Source: Chrysomallon squamiferum
Taxonomy: Eukaryota; Animalia; Mollusca
Direction: 5' to 3'
DNA: 64,000 nucleotides
Assembly: GCA_012295275.1 (NCBI GenBank)
Contig: CM022670.1
Coordinates: 24,242,001 to 24,306,000, forward strand
The translations under genes and the position numbers were made by a program. Below, in pieces: positions 14,799-25,928 of the stretch (positions are counted from its first letter, which is position 1; the number at the start of each line of letters is the position of its first letter). Under the pieces are notes generated by a model, which was given only the letters and a program-made list of their open reading frames with translations, searched no databases and had not been told where the DNA came from.

Positions 14799-17700
14799 TT
14801 GCAGCTTAAATAAATAATAAAAATAGATTAGGTACGAATTAAAAGGTAATTTATATATTTCAAAAGATGAATCATTATGTATATTTATTTAATAGTACAG
14901 CAGGGCTAGTAATATTAATTATTGTGCTAGTTATAGTAGTAATAGTAGTAGTAGTAGTAGTAATATTTGTTGTTCTTACCTTTTAAACTGCATAATTTGC
15001 ATAAAGTAAAATTAACAGTACTAAACAAACTTACGTCATTTGTTTATTACGTCATAACGTAGTCAAGTTTACTGTCGTCAATAATGTGTTGATTTTTTTT
15101 TCGTTTTGTTTATTTTTTTGTTTATTTTTTGTTTTGTATGTGTGTGTGTGGAGAAGACATTTCAAAAAATTATTTTGAGGCATATCAATTTTTTTATCAT
15201 GTTAGTATCTGCTTTGGAAACGTTATCACATTCATAGTAAATGAAGTTATCCGATAGCTGTAACCTATTCAAATATAAACCATCCTATTATTATTATTTT
15301 TACTGTTGTTGTAGGTTACTGTAAAAGAAATATATGAAATCTTTTATTATCAAGAAAATACAAAAACATATTCTTCTATTGTCTTTTTATTAATTAATTA
15401 ATTTATTTATTCGTATATCTGGAAAGTTTTGAGAAATTTCGACAGTTGTCTTTAAATGCTTCATGTATCAGCTGTTGGTACAACTACTGTGTTTGCATCA
15501 CTTGCAGCGTGGTACCCTACAGGTTTAAACTGACACCAGAGTAATATTTTACTTTCCAACGTCAAAAATAGATAACCAAAAGTTGCATTTTCGGCACGTA
15601 ATACTTGTTGTCTTCTTTAAAACGGGTGAAACGTATAAAGCCATTTGTAAAGTACCTGCCGAGGTGAATCAACGGTTTGAAGATGTTGCAAAATTCAAAA
15701 TCGGCGATTTCCTTTTCTGTTCTATTTTTTTTTTTTTTTTTTGTATCTCTCTTCTTTTACTTATTGACTTCTTTCTTCAATTTTCAGACGATATCGCAAG
15801 AAAAAATATTACATACAGTATAATACAACGTCAGTTTTAGTTAATTGTTTTACTGAAACACCTCGATATTAACGATTTAATGAAACAGTTCTAATTTAAC
15901 ATTTCCATCATCATCAAAAAAAACCACATCACATAGTCGTCTTATTATGACTTGTTTATTAGTCAATAGGCTTAACACATTAAAAAAAGCAGACGACAGT
16001 ATAAATAATCGTATACGACACCCACCTGCTACAGTGTTTGACATTTTCGGATGAGAACATAAAAATTAATCGAGACTGTTATTACTCGGTTCCGTCACTT
16101 TTCCTCCTTTCGACTGCCTCTACTAACTTTTACTATTAATTTACTGCTCTGTAAGCAGCTCCTTAATTTTTATCATGAATCCACCACTGGGGAAATTATG
16201 GTTCGGTGTGTAAAATAACTGTCGCGAATTAGTATCAATAACTTATTTCAGTGGGAATAACTGGAGACAAAAGCTGTCTTGTCTCGAATTAAAATCCACT
16301 TAACAGACAGCGACTTTACGTACGGCATTCCGCTCGACTAGTTACAGGATTAACAATCATGTAAACGTCCATCGCTGAGCTTGTCTCTAAGCTCATTTTA
16401 TTTGATCATGATTGATAGTTTTACACCTGAAAGTTATTTACGTCTTTCCAGTATACCTGAAGCCAGCGCTCTGCAGGTGGGGACAGACTGAAAATACCGG
16501 TCGCTTACGCAACTCGATCATTCAACACTGGCAAACAGATCGGAATAATGTTGACAGATGGCGTCATGTGACCACCATCATCAGAGATGGTATTATGGCT
16601 TGTTAAACATTTTTCAGCCGATATTGATATACTAATTAATTATCGTGGTTCTTTTTTTTTTTTTTTTTTTTTTATTATTATTTTTTTTTTTTTGATCTTT
16701 ATTAATTTATTTTTAAAATTTGTTATTTCCGTAAGAACTGAGATACATCCCGCTGTTGCAACTCTATAGTCCAGTCTTTTTGTCAACAGCAAGAGATCTC
16801 TATAACAAAGAAATATATTTGAATCACTAAGCTTTGATCGCTAGCTATTTTTATCATAAATCTGATTGTAAGTATCCATAATTAACCGAACTCCGTGTAC
16901 CTGAGGTAACTTCTGTTCTTTAAAAAAATAATAAAGCAAAATACAGATGTATCAATTATGAAAAGCTGTAATTTCTGCTTTTTGCGCGCGCGAACGCTGT
17001 CGCGTATGTAAGAAACACTGGCATGGCCATGTTTCAAAAAGATGGTCTTTTAGAATACAAAAACGAATACAGAATAACGCTTCTTATATTCAAAGCAGTA
17101 CTCAATAATAGTCTTATCAACAGGGAGATAACTCTTATTTGCGTTCTAAAATTATAGTTACTCTAAGTTATTCTTTTTGAGAATAATCGGTCTAAAACGC
17201 TAGACACATTTTGGTTAAAAGTGTAACTGGTATGTTCATAATCCTCTAAATAAACAACAGCGACAACAAACAAAAATAAAAATGTATATATATGTACTCA
17301 CATCCACAACAATGTATGTAATACGATCAGGTTATTACTATTGTTGTTGTTGCTGAATATCTCTCTTATTTAGATTTCAAATAATTGTTTTATTGGTGCC
17401 TTTGGCCATTATACAGATATGCAGACACATATTAAGATATTAAACAATTTTATCTTCTTATTCTTTATATATTTATTTCTATATTTGTTTATTTATTATT
17501 TTTAAAATTATTATTTATAATTAATCAGCAAAAATATAAATTTTACAAAAAAGAGAAAATGCTGAGTAATTTATTCTTGATTTATTTATTTACGCTGGTT
17601 CTAGACGCTAGTGGTCAGCCAGATGAATTAGCTGCAAATCATAAATCAACGTCTGTCGAAATTAACACGTAATTACTATAAAATTCTGTATCGCATAATC

Positions 17701-18026
17701 ACATTTTCTCTGTAACAAGTGTGTGTTGCTTTATATCAGCAGATAAAAAAAAAAAAAAAAAAAAAAGAAGAAAATTAAAATTAATAAAAATAACAAAATT
17801 AGCTAAGCAAAAAAATAATAAAAATGGAAACAAAATTAAGTGGAAAAAAATAAAAGTCAAAGTAATCAGTTCTGATATGAAAGAAATAAAACTAAAGAAA
17901 ATGACATAACAAAATAAGGAAACATAATAGAAACATTTATTTATCTAATTAAAAATATTAGTACTAGTCATAGATCTATATTTAATATTTACAACATGTT
18001 ATATGACCTAAATATATAAAAATGTC

Positions 18027-18129
<103 letters not shown>

Positions 18130-18833
18130 GGGGTGAGAAAGAAATGCAATTTTTTTCTTGACCCATGACATCTCAGTAATGACATTCAAATGCTTTGAAT
18201 AAGTATCAAGAAAACAGATCATCCAAAATAGCGGTCGTCAACATCTGTGAATTTATTGAAATTATTTTATCTCTTCATATAATAAAATGGAGGCTTTACT
18301 TTCCGGACGTATATTTAGAAATGATTATTTATTTGTATATGTAACAAAATCAGAACACTTCACAAGGGCAAATAATGAGTAATAGTGATAATATGTGAGT
18401 TTGGTTGAAAAAACTGTTCACAATAAAATTATGAAGACACATAGAAATTGACTGATAAAAAGATAAGCTTAACAGAAAATAACACAAAAATAATATACCA
18501 AGAGCCACAAAATGAAAACAAGCTGAAATGGCAGACTGTTGATAAAAGAAATGATAACATTGGAGTATATATAATATATTTAGGCTTCTTATTCAACACA
18601 TAATTATAATTTAAAATAACCCCCAGAAATTAATACACTCACTTTACCAAGGTTATATTATTTTACTTAAAATTTTAACAATAAAAATACACAGCATGTC
18701 GTCTTTATAAACATGTTAAACTGTTTTCTCTTTCCAGCTTTTTCGTTCATAAACCAACAACGAAACACACACACATACCCCCTCCAACACAAACACATAC
18801 AAACACTTACACACCTACGCACGCCCGCATGCA

Positions 18834-18877
<44 letters not shown>

Positions 18878-19121
18878 AACTAATAACAAAATAATAATAA
18901 TAATGCCGAACCCAGCAAATTCCCATTCTGTAACATGGCGGACTACGATATCCTCGCGGCGATTTTAAAAAGAAAACCTGGCTGTGCAGTGCAGAACTAC
19001 ATCTTGTGTTTGGACATATGTAGATATTATTATAGCGTTTAGCAATGTCAGTAAGTTCAGGATCACCCCTTAGTTACACACACTCTGATGAAAAAGATGA
19101 ATAGTATGTAATGACGGAGAT

Positions 19122-21749
19122 TCAGGGTCGATCTAGTTCTTGAACAAACCGTTCCCAAAACTCATCCCTGTTTCCTTCGTGCTGAAACTCAATGTATGAT
19201 CCTTCTTCGATCATCTTTCGTATTTTATGTGGAAGTTTGCTGTATGGGAAATCCCCCAGTATAAGAAGAAATAGATTATTTCGATGTGCGGATTCTTCAA
19301 TAGCCATTCTCATTTCGAACACACACCACTCACTTTTAATGAAATTTTCCGATAGAACAAGAACTGTTTTCCTGCTTTCTTTCACCGCTTTTATTATATT
19401 TATTGTTATTGGAGTCCCTGGAATAAAATCTATTCCATGCACTGTCAGTTTCTTGTTTGCTTCTGTTACAAGCCTTTCATACATTTCTGCTTGGACTACT
19501 TCCTGATCGTCGTTGCTGTAGGAGATAAAGGCATCTTTGGGAAATCTTCCCTGACGAGATCTCTGGCGATCTTTTTTAAAACTATACCTAATGCCATAGT
19601 ACCAGTATCTGAGTTTCCAACGGTGTTGGTACGCTAGACTCGCAAAAAATACAATCCACAAAAAGGCAAACGCTAGAACAGTACCTTTTGCTACAGCAAC
19701 GTAGTTAAAACAGAAAGCCTCTAAGGATTCCACCACTGATTTAAGGTCAGCGAGGTGAACAGTGTGTCCTGATTCATTGAGACAATAGTACTCATTCATA
19801 TTCTCCAGGATCACAGGACTGGTCAGCATCCATTTCAGAAACCACAAATTTGGACATTCACACGAGATGGGATTGTGACTCAGATCTATCGCTACTGAAT
19901 GTTTATTTGCTTTTACTAGGCTGTCTAGTTCAGATGTTAATGTATCAGACAGCCATCTGATTTTGTTTCTTGAGAAATCAATTTTTCGCAAGTTTTTCAT
20001 ATGATTTACATGTATTGGTATATTATATAGATTATTCCACGACAGTATCAGAGATTCCAAATTTGAAAGTCCAGTGAAAATCTTTTCTGGTAACTGGTCA
20101 AGATTATTAAAAGAAAGGTCCATATACTGAAGAGAAGATAAGTGTTTGAATAAATCTCCATCGATGTCGTTCATTATTGGATTTTTTAACAGATTATGTG
20201 ATATATTTAATACAGTTAACGAGGGTAGGTTATCAAAGAATTCCGAGTGAAGATGCATAGCATCATTGTGCGACAAATCCAGATTTGTAAGGTTGGACAA
20301 ACCAGTAACTGGTCCCTTCCACGACGCCAGTAGATTGTACGAAACATTAATCGTCTTCAGCTCGTTCATTCCCAGAAGTAGTTCAGATATTTCAAATGCC
20401 AATTCTTCGTATGTGTATTTTAGTGTTTCCAGTTTAGGTGGGAGAAAAATAATGGGCTGACCGTTACAATTGGTTTGAGGATCAAACGGGTTGTTCTGTT
20501 CTTGGTTGAAGTGTTCTAACCATTCGTAATCAACGTCTTCCACTGCCTTGGAACAAATCTGATCTTCTTCGTCTATTTGGTCATGAAAGTTTGGTATAGG
20601 TATGTTGCGGGGTCCTGAAATACCACTGAGATCAATTTCAGTGAGATTTTGCAAAAAAACTATTTGTTCAATGTATTTACCTATAGCAAACCAGCTATTT
20701 CTCAAAGTAACTTTACGCAGTGTCCGAGGGAAAAATCGCAATGCATCAATTTCGAATATTTGAATTCTATTTCCGTCCGCGTATATTTCTTCAATTATCG
20801 TATTTCTCATATATTTCACGTTGTCTTTGGTGATATATACACAAACTTCGTGTTTTTCGACCACGTAACTAATGTTCAGGATGCGAAGTGACGAGTTTTG
20901 CCAGCCGTACGAACCATTGAACAGCCTGTCTATCTTCAGACGTCTGTTGTAAGAGATATCAAGAACCTCAAGTGACGATTTAAGCGGGACAAATGCTGCA
21001 GGTTCGATGTAGACGATGTTGCAATTTGATATATTCAGCAGCTTCACGTGGCTGATGTGAGTAAAAGTTGTGTTAAACAATGCTACAATATTGCTGTCTT
21101 CGTGTTCTCCCGCAAGACTCAGATGAGTTAGGGAAACGAGATTTGAAAATCCTTGTCCGAAACTTTGATTGGTCAAGCCATCAAGATGAAGCTGTTGCAA
21201 GGACACCAGATAGGACAATGCTTTGTCCGGATACTTCAAGTCTTTTCGTTGTCCTGAGTATGCGTTCCCATTCAGCTTTAAAGACTTTAATTTCCTCAGT
21301 GATTTAAAAATATCGGAATTGAAGACACTTTCAACATAAGGCAAAACGTTCCTCTGCAAATTCAAGACTTCTAGTTTGTCCAGGTTGCGAAGTGCCCGGA
21401 CATCTATAACTGATATCTTGTTTGAAGCCAAATTCAGTTCTAATAGATTCGTGAAGTTGATAAAACAATCATTTTCCAGCTTGTCTAAGTGATTAAAATC
21501 CAGCAAAAGTACTGAAACGTTCTTGGCGATATGCAAGTTAGGTACAGACGTCAAATTTTTATTCGTGCACACAGCTACAATGGAGCCATTGTTTTCTCTG
21601 CACAAACAGGGAGCGCACGGATCATCAAGTTGTGAAGTCTCTTCAGACGCTGGTATGACTTGAACTTCTGACTTTGTCGAAATATTGACTGAACGTACAG
21701 AGCAAGCCAACAAAAACACAAACACAGATACTCGAATGTCGTGAGCCAT
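19122..21749 (-). CDS. Toll-like receptor copy 1, intact, 875 aa, single-cysteine-cluster type
   Basis: Signal peptide MAHDIRVSVFVFLLACSVRS, LRRNT (CAPCLC..C), many LxxLxLxxN repeats, LRRCT (NPISCEC..WFLKW..C), TM helix, and TIR with DAFISYS, DFIPG and FW box 3. The ATG at 21749 lies 8 nt after a ttttgcag splice acceptor, so the ORF-track extension to 21989 is intronic. Confidence 0.95.
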   Translation of the reverse strand: MAHDIRVSVFVFLLACSVRSVNISTKSEVQVIPASEETSQLDDPCAPCLCRENNGSIVAVCTNKNLTSVPNLHIAKNVSVLLLDFNHLDKLENDCFINFTNLLELNLASNKISVIDVRALRNLDKLEVLNLQRNVLPYVESVFNSDIFKSLRKLKSLKLNGNAYSGQRKDLKYPDKALSYLVSLQQLHLDGLTNQSFGQGFSNLVSLTHLSLAGEHEDSNIVALFNTTFTHISHVKLLNISNCNIVYIEPAAFVPLKSSLEVLDISYNRRLKIDRLFNGSYGWQNSSLRILNISYVVEKHEVCVYITKDNVKYMRNTIIEEIYADGNRIQIFEIDALRFFPRTLRKVTLRNSWFAIGKYIEQIVFLQNLTEIDLSGISGPRNIPIPNFHDQIDEEDQICSKAVEDVDYEWLEHFNQEQNNPFDPQTNCNGQPIIFLPPKLETLKYTYEELAFEISELLLGMNELKTINVSYNLLASWKGPVTGLSNLTNLDLSHNDAMHLHSEFFDNLPSLTVLNISHNLLKNPIMNDIDGDLFKHLSSLQYMDLSFNNLDQLPEKIFTGLSNLESLILSWNNLYNIPIHVNHMKNLRKIDFSRNKIRWLSDTLTSELDSLVKANKHSVAIDLSHNPISCECPNLWFLKWMLTSPVILENMNEYYCLNESGHTVHLADLKSVVESLEAFCFNYVAVAKGTVLAFAFLWIVFFASLAYQHRWKLRYWYYGIRYSFKKDRQRSRQGRFPKDAFISYSNDDQEVVQAEMYERLVTEANKKLTVHGIDFIPGTPITINIIKAVKESRKTVLVLSENFIKSEWCVFEMRMAIEESAHRNNLFLLILGDFPYSKLPHKIRKMIEEGSYIEFQHEGNRDEFWERFVQELDRP

Positions 21750-22099
21750 TCCACTTTCTGCAAAAGTTAAAAGATGTAAAAAGGGTAATTGAAATGAATG
21801 AAATAACAACAACAATAATAGAAAACAAAAGCTATTTTGTATTAGGCAGGTAGTGTATTGATAGCGGGTATTACACTGTATACACACGAACCCACCCACC
21901 CATACATATAGATACTCATACACAAACGCAACTACATACATACAAACATACATACATACATACATACATACAAACATACAGACAGACATACATACAGAGC
22001 AGAAAAAAGCTATCCTATATGTTTTTTCCCACTTTGTCTAAAAATGTTTTGTGGGGATTAAAATATTATTATTAAATATGTAATAGGTTATATAACTGG

Positions 22100-22450
22100 G
22101 ATATTTCTAGCTGACTCTAGTTGTAAGTCGGTAAATATCGTGAATCCTAGACCATAGAGCTCGGGCATGGTAGAAGAAACCTCTGGATTCCTTTCAACAC
22201 TTTGTTGCAGACTCGATGTGGAAAATCTCTGACTCCAAGTCAAAGTTGTTTCTTTCAGCTTTAGTCTTCAACAGTTGAAAGGTACATTATATCTTGGACT
22301 TCGGCACGAAGAGTATTAGTATATAAAATGCCGTCAGCTTTGCTTAATTATTCCATGTTTTTAATGACAGCAAAAATAAGAAAATTGTCTCTCCGCGTTA
22401 GCTTAGAAAGATAGGTTACTTTCATCTGTAAATGACGAACAGACACAACT
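22100..22450 (-). mobile_element. Degenerate MULE (Mutator-like) transposase fragment, unit 1
   Basis: Broken minus-strand frames read RDNFLIFAVIKNME*LSKADG..YT, then FQLLK..AERNNFDL..IFHI and ..FFYHARAL. Same block in all five units. Confidence 0.55.
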
Positions 22451-22538
22451 TAGGATCATTCACACTATCTAAAGATCATTAAAAAATCAGTTCAAGAGGG
22501 CAAAAAGTTAATATTCTCCTTTAGATCAAGTGTTGGAA

Positions 22539-23025
22539 TGTTGGACTTCAGAGATGACAAGTCATGGGGGTTCCCATAATGCAGACACGCCTGTTGATAG
22601 ACAAAATTGTTTATTGTGTTATGTAATGTATCCTGTACAGCCCTTACTGCTTTACTGGTACTACTCCAGTCTGTTCAGCAAGCTACGCTGCAGTGGAACA
22701 GCAGTGTTAATCAGTTAGTTGACTGACTTTACCACAGTATTGTTTTATATTGCACCTTTTTAAAGTGTATTCTCATATCTACTGATTTCATACAAGCAAC
22801 AGCAAGAGCCTAATTATAATCTGGTAAATGCAGTTAATAAATCTACAAATAAATCTATAAATAAATCTAATTTTATATGATTTTATTCAGTATTGTGTTG
22901 TATCAGACTATTCCATTATTTACTACATGTATTATTCAAGGTAGACGGCAGGTCGTTAGTAATGCGCTCAACCGTGTCTTGAGTTTGCATTGTGGGACGT
23001 CTGTCGTTCGGGAGGACACCAGACA
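22539..23025. mobile_element. 487-bp LTR-like insertion (solo-LTR candidate), unit 1
   Basis: Absent from units 4 and 5. Begins TGTTGG, ends CCAGACA, flanked by TGGAA/TGGGA, with an internal AATAAA cluster near 22837. Boundaries are ambiguous because the flanks resemble ancestral intron sequence. Confidence 0.5.
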
Positions 23026-23049
23026 TGGGAAATAGCTTCAACACAAATC

Positions 23050-23360
23050 TTTGTAATTAAATGTAGAGCGTTCTATTATCAGTTAATTAACTAAAGACAG
23101 AAACAAAGAAAAAACATTACTTACTTACTTCGTTAAAATGCTTTAAAGGTTTCCATCTTTGATGTGTGGTAACGTGGGACAGCAAATACACAACTCCTAG
23201 TGTTTCCAGGTCACTCGTTAAAAAGGTCGTCTTACTGCACAGTCCTGACTTCCTCTGAACGAGGAAAAAAAAAAAAAAAACAATCTTTGTATAGAATCGA
23301 TCACGTTAAAAAGAATCGTTTTGAGAAAGGTAACAATTTAACTTCCTGGAATTCACCAAA
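23050..23360 (-). promoter_or_regulatory. Putative TLR promoter/non-coding first-exon module 1a
   Basis: Conserved block upstream of every TLR with a minus-strand donor GAA|GTAAGT (acttac 23123-23128) that pairs with the acceptor before the ATG. Contains TGTGGT, GAGGAAGT and TGATAA motifs. Confidence 0.5.
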
Positions 23361-23397
23361 TTAATAATAAATAAAAATAAAATGTAATGACGGAGAA

Positions 23398-23610
23398 TCA
23401 GGGTCGATCTAGTTCATTAATAAATCGTTCCCAAAACTTATCCCTATTTCCTTCGTGCTGAAACTCAATATATGAGTCTGTTTCGATTATCTTACGTATT
23501 TTATGAAGATGTTTGCTTTCTTTCACCGCTTTTATTATACTTATTGTTACTGGAGTCCCTGCAATAAAATCTTTTCCATGCATTGTCAGTTTCTTTTCTA
23601 CTTTTGTTAT
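23398..23610 (-). pseudogene. Collapsed TLR remnant 1: TIR-only fragment, 61-aa ORF at 23398-23583
   Basis: MHGKDFIAGTPVTISIIKAVKES-KHLHKIRKIIETDSYIEFQHEGNRDKFWERFINELDRP aligns to the TLR C-terminus with an in-frame 45-codon deletion. Upstream it is fused directly to intron-1-type sequence. Confidence 0.88.
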
Positions 23611-23709
23611 AAAATGTTGGACTTAACAGATGATAAAACATGGCAAATAGCCTTATCCAGTAAACATTGCGGAAGTAAATTGTTTAATTTTTAAGGAAAA
23701 ATTTTAACA

Positions 23710-24020
23710 CAATCTTTGTAATTAAAAGTCGAGCGTGTCTGTTATCAGTTAATTCACTAAAGACAGAAACAAAGAAGAAACATTACTTACTTCGTTAAAA
23801 TGCTTAAAAGGTTTCGATCTTTGATGTGTGGTAACGTGGGACAGCAAATACACAACTCCTAGTGTTTCCAGGTCACTCGTTAAAAAGGTCGTCTTACTGC
23901 ACAGTCCTGACTTCCTCTGAACGAGGAAAAAAAACAAACAATACCTTTGTATAGAATCGATCACGTTAAAAAGAATATTTTGAAAAAAGGTAACAATTTA
24001 ACTTCCTGTAATTCACAAAA
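23710..24020 (-). promoter_or_regulatory. Putative first-exon module 1b (upstream of remnant 1)
   Basis: Near-identical second copy of module 1a with the same GTAAGT donor. Confidence 0.5.
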
Positions 24021-25607
24021 TTTTACAAATTGATAAATAAATTTTAAGTATTATTTATACAATTTTATTGTCTTTGTTACATGTTAAAATACTCTTTTAA
24101 AATTTAATAATAATTTGTTTTGTTTTGTTTTTATAAAATCATTTCTTCCGAAAATACAATCGGTGCGGTCCGACTCATTTCTTTTATTTTTTTATTTATA
24201 ATTAATCAAGGAAAATTACATCAGAATAAAATATAATTTTTACAGAAAATAAAATGCCAGGTAATTTATTCTTGATTTATTTATTTACGCTGTTTCTAGA
24301 CGCTAGTGGTCAGCCAGATGAATTAGCTGCAAATCATAAATCAACGTCTGTCGAAATTAACACGTAATTACTATAACATTCTGTATCGCATAATCACATT
24401 TACTCTGTAACAAGTGTGTGTTGCGTACTATCAGCAGAAAAGAAACCTTAATGTAATAAAAATAACAAAATTATCAAAACAAAAAAATAATAAAATAAGC
24501 TAAGCAAAAAATATTAAAAATGAAAACTCCCCCAAAAAAATGTAGAAAGGGGGGAGAAAAAAGAAAATATTAAAGTAAGCAGTTATGATATGAACGAAAT
24601 AAAAATAAAGAAACTTGGAAAAAGACTAAAATGATGTAGAGATAATAATAATTATCTTGTTCACAATATATGTCATGGAATTATCAAAGTACCGAAATAA
24701 GCTCGACTATTTTTGTTTCCTAATATTGTTTATCAATCATTCTTTTCAATTACTAAGGAAATATAAATAGAAGCAGTATTCGATCAAAATCTCAACGACA
24801 TAACAAAACACGGAAAAATAATTGAAGCATTTATTTATCTAATTAACACTAGTTACATATCAATATTCAATAGTTACAACATGTTATAGGATCTAAATAT
24901 ATAAAATGTCCTGAGAGAGAGCGAGAGAGAGAGGGAGAGAGTGAAATGCAATTTTTTCTTCTTTTCTTGACATATGACAACTCAGTAATAATATTCAAAT
25001 GCCTTGAATAAGTATAAAGAAAACAGATCATCCAAAATGGCGGCGTCGGTGTCTGAAATTATTTTATTTATTGATATAATGAAGAAGAGACTTCTCTTTC
25101 AGGGCGTATATTTAGAAATGATTATTTATTTATATATGTAACAAAATCAGAACACTTGGCAAGCACAAATAACGATATGAGGGTGATATTATGTGAGTTT
25201 CGTTGAAAAAACTGTTCACAATAAAATTATGAAGACACATAGAAACTGACTGATAAAAACATCAGCTGAACAGAAAATAACACAAAAATAATATATAAAA
25301 AACCCACAAAATCAAAACAAGCTATTGATAAACGAAATGATAACATTGGAGTATGTACAATACATTTAGGCTTCTTATTCAACACATAATTATAATTTAA
25401 AATAATCCCCAAAAATTAATACACTCACTTTACCAAGGTTATATTATTTTACTTACGTTTAGTGAAACAATAAAAATACACAGCATGTAGTCTTTATAAA
25501 CATGTTAAACTGTTTTCTCTTTCCAGCTTTTTCGTTCGTAAACCAACAACCAAACACACACACATACCCCCGACACAAAAACACACAAAAACATTTACAC
25601 ACCTAAG

Positions 25608-25654
<47 letters not shown>

Positions 25655-25928
25655 ATAACAAAATAATAATAATAATGGCTCAAGTTCCCGAAGTCGGCAT
25701 GCCGAACCAAGTCAATTCCCATTCTGTAACATAGTGGATTAAGATATCCTGACGGCGGTTTTACAAAGAACACCTGGCTGTGCAGTGCAGAACTATGTCT
25801 TGTGTTTGGACATATGTAGATATTATTATAGCGTTTTACAATGTCAGTATGCCTGACAAAAGTTCAGGATCACCCCTTAGTTACACACACTCTGATGAAA
25901 AAGATGAATAGTATGTAATGACGGAGAA

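Noticed and set aside
21750-21989. N-terminal extensions of the TLR ORFs (also 28556-28741 and 35005-35196)
   Set aside because: They run through a polypyrimidine tract, a splice acceptor and repetitive intron sequence, and are closed in copies 4 and 5. The signal peptide starts at MAHDIR.
22531-23043. Alternative LTR boundaries TGTTG...CAACA
   Set aside because: No target-site duplication, and both ends match ancestral intron sequence seen in units 4 and 5 (caagtgtggaa, tttaacacaa).
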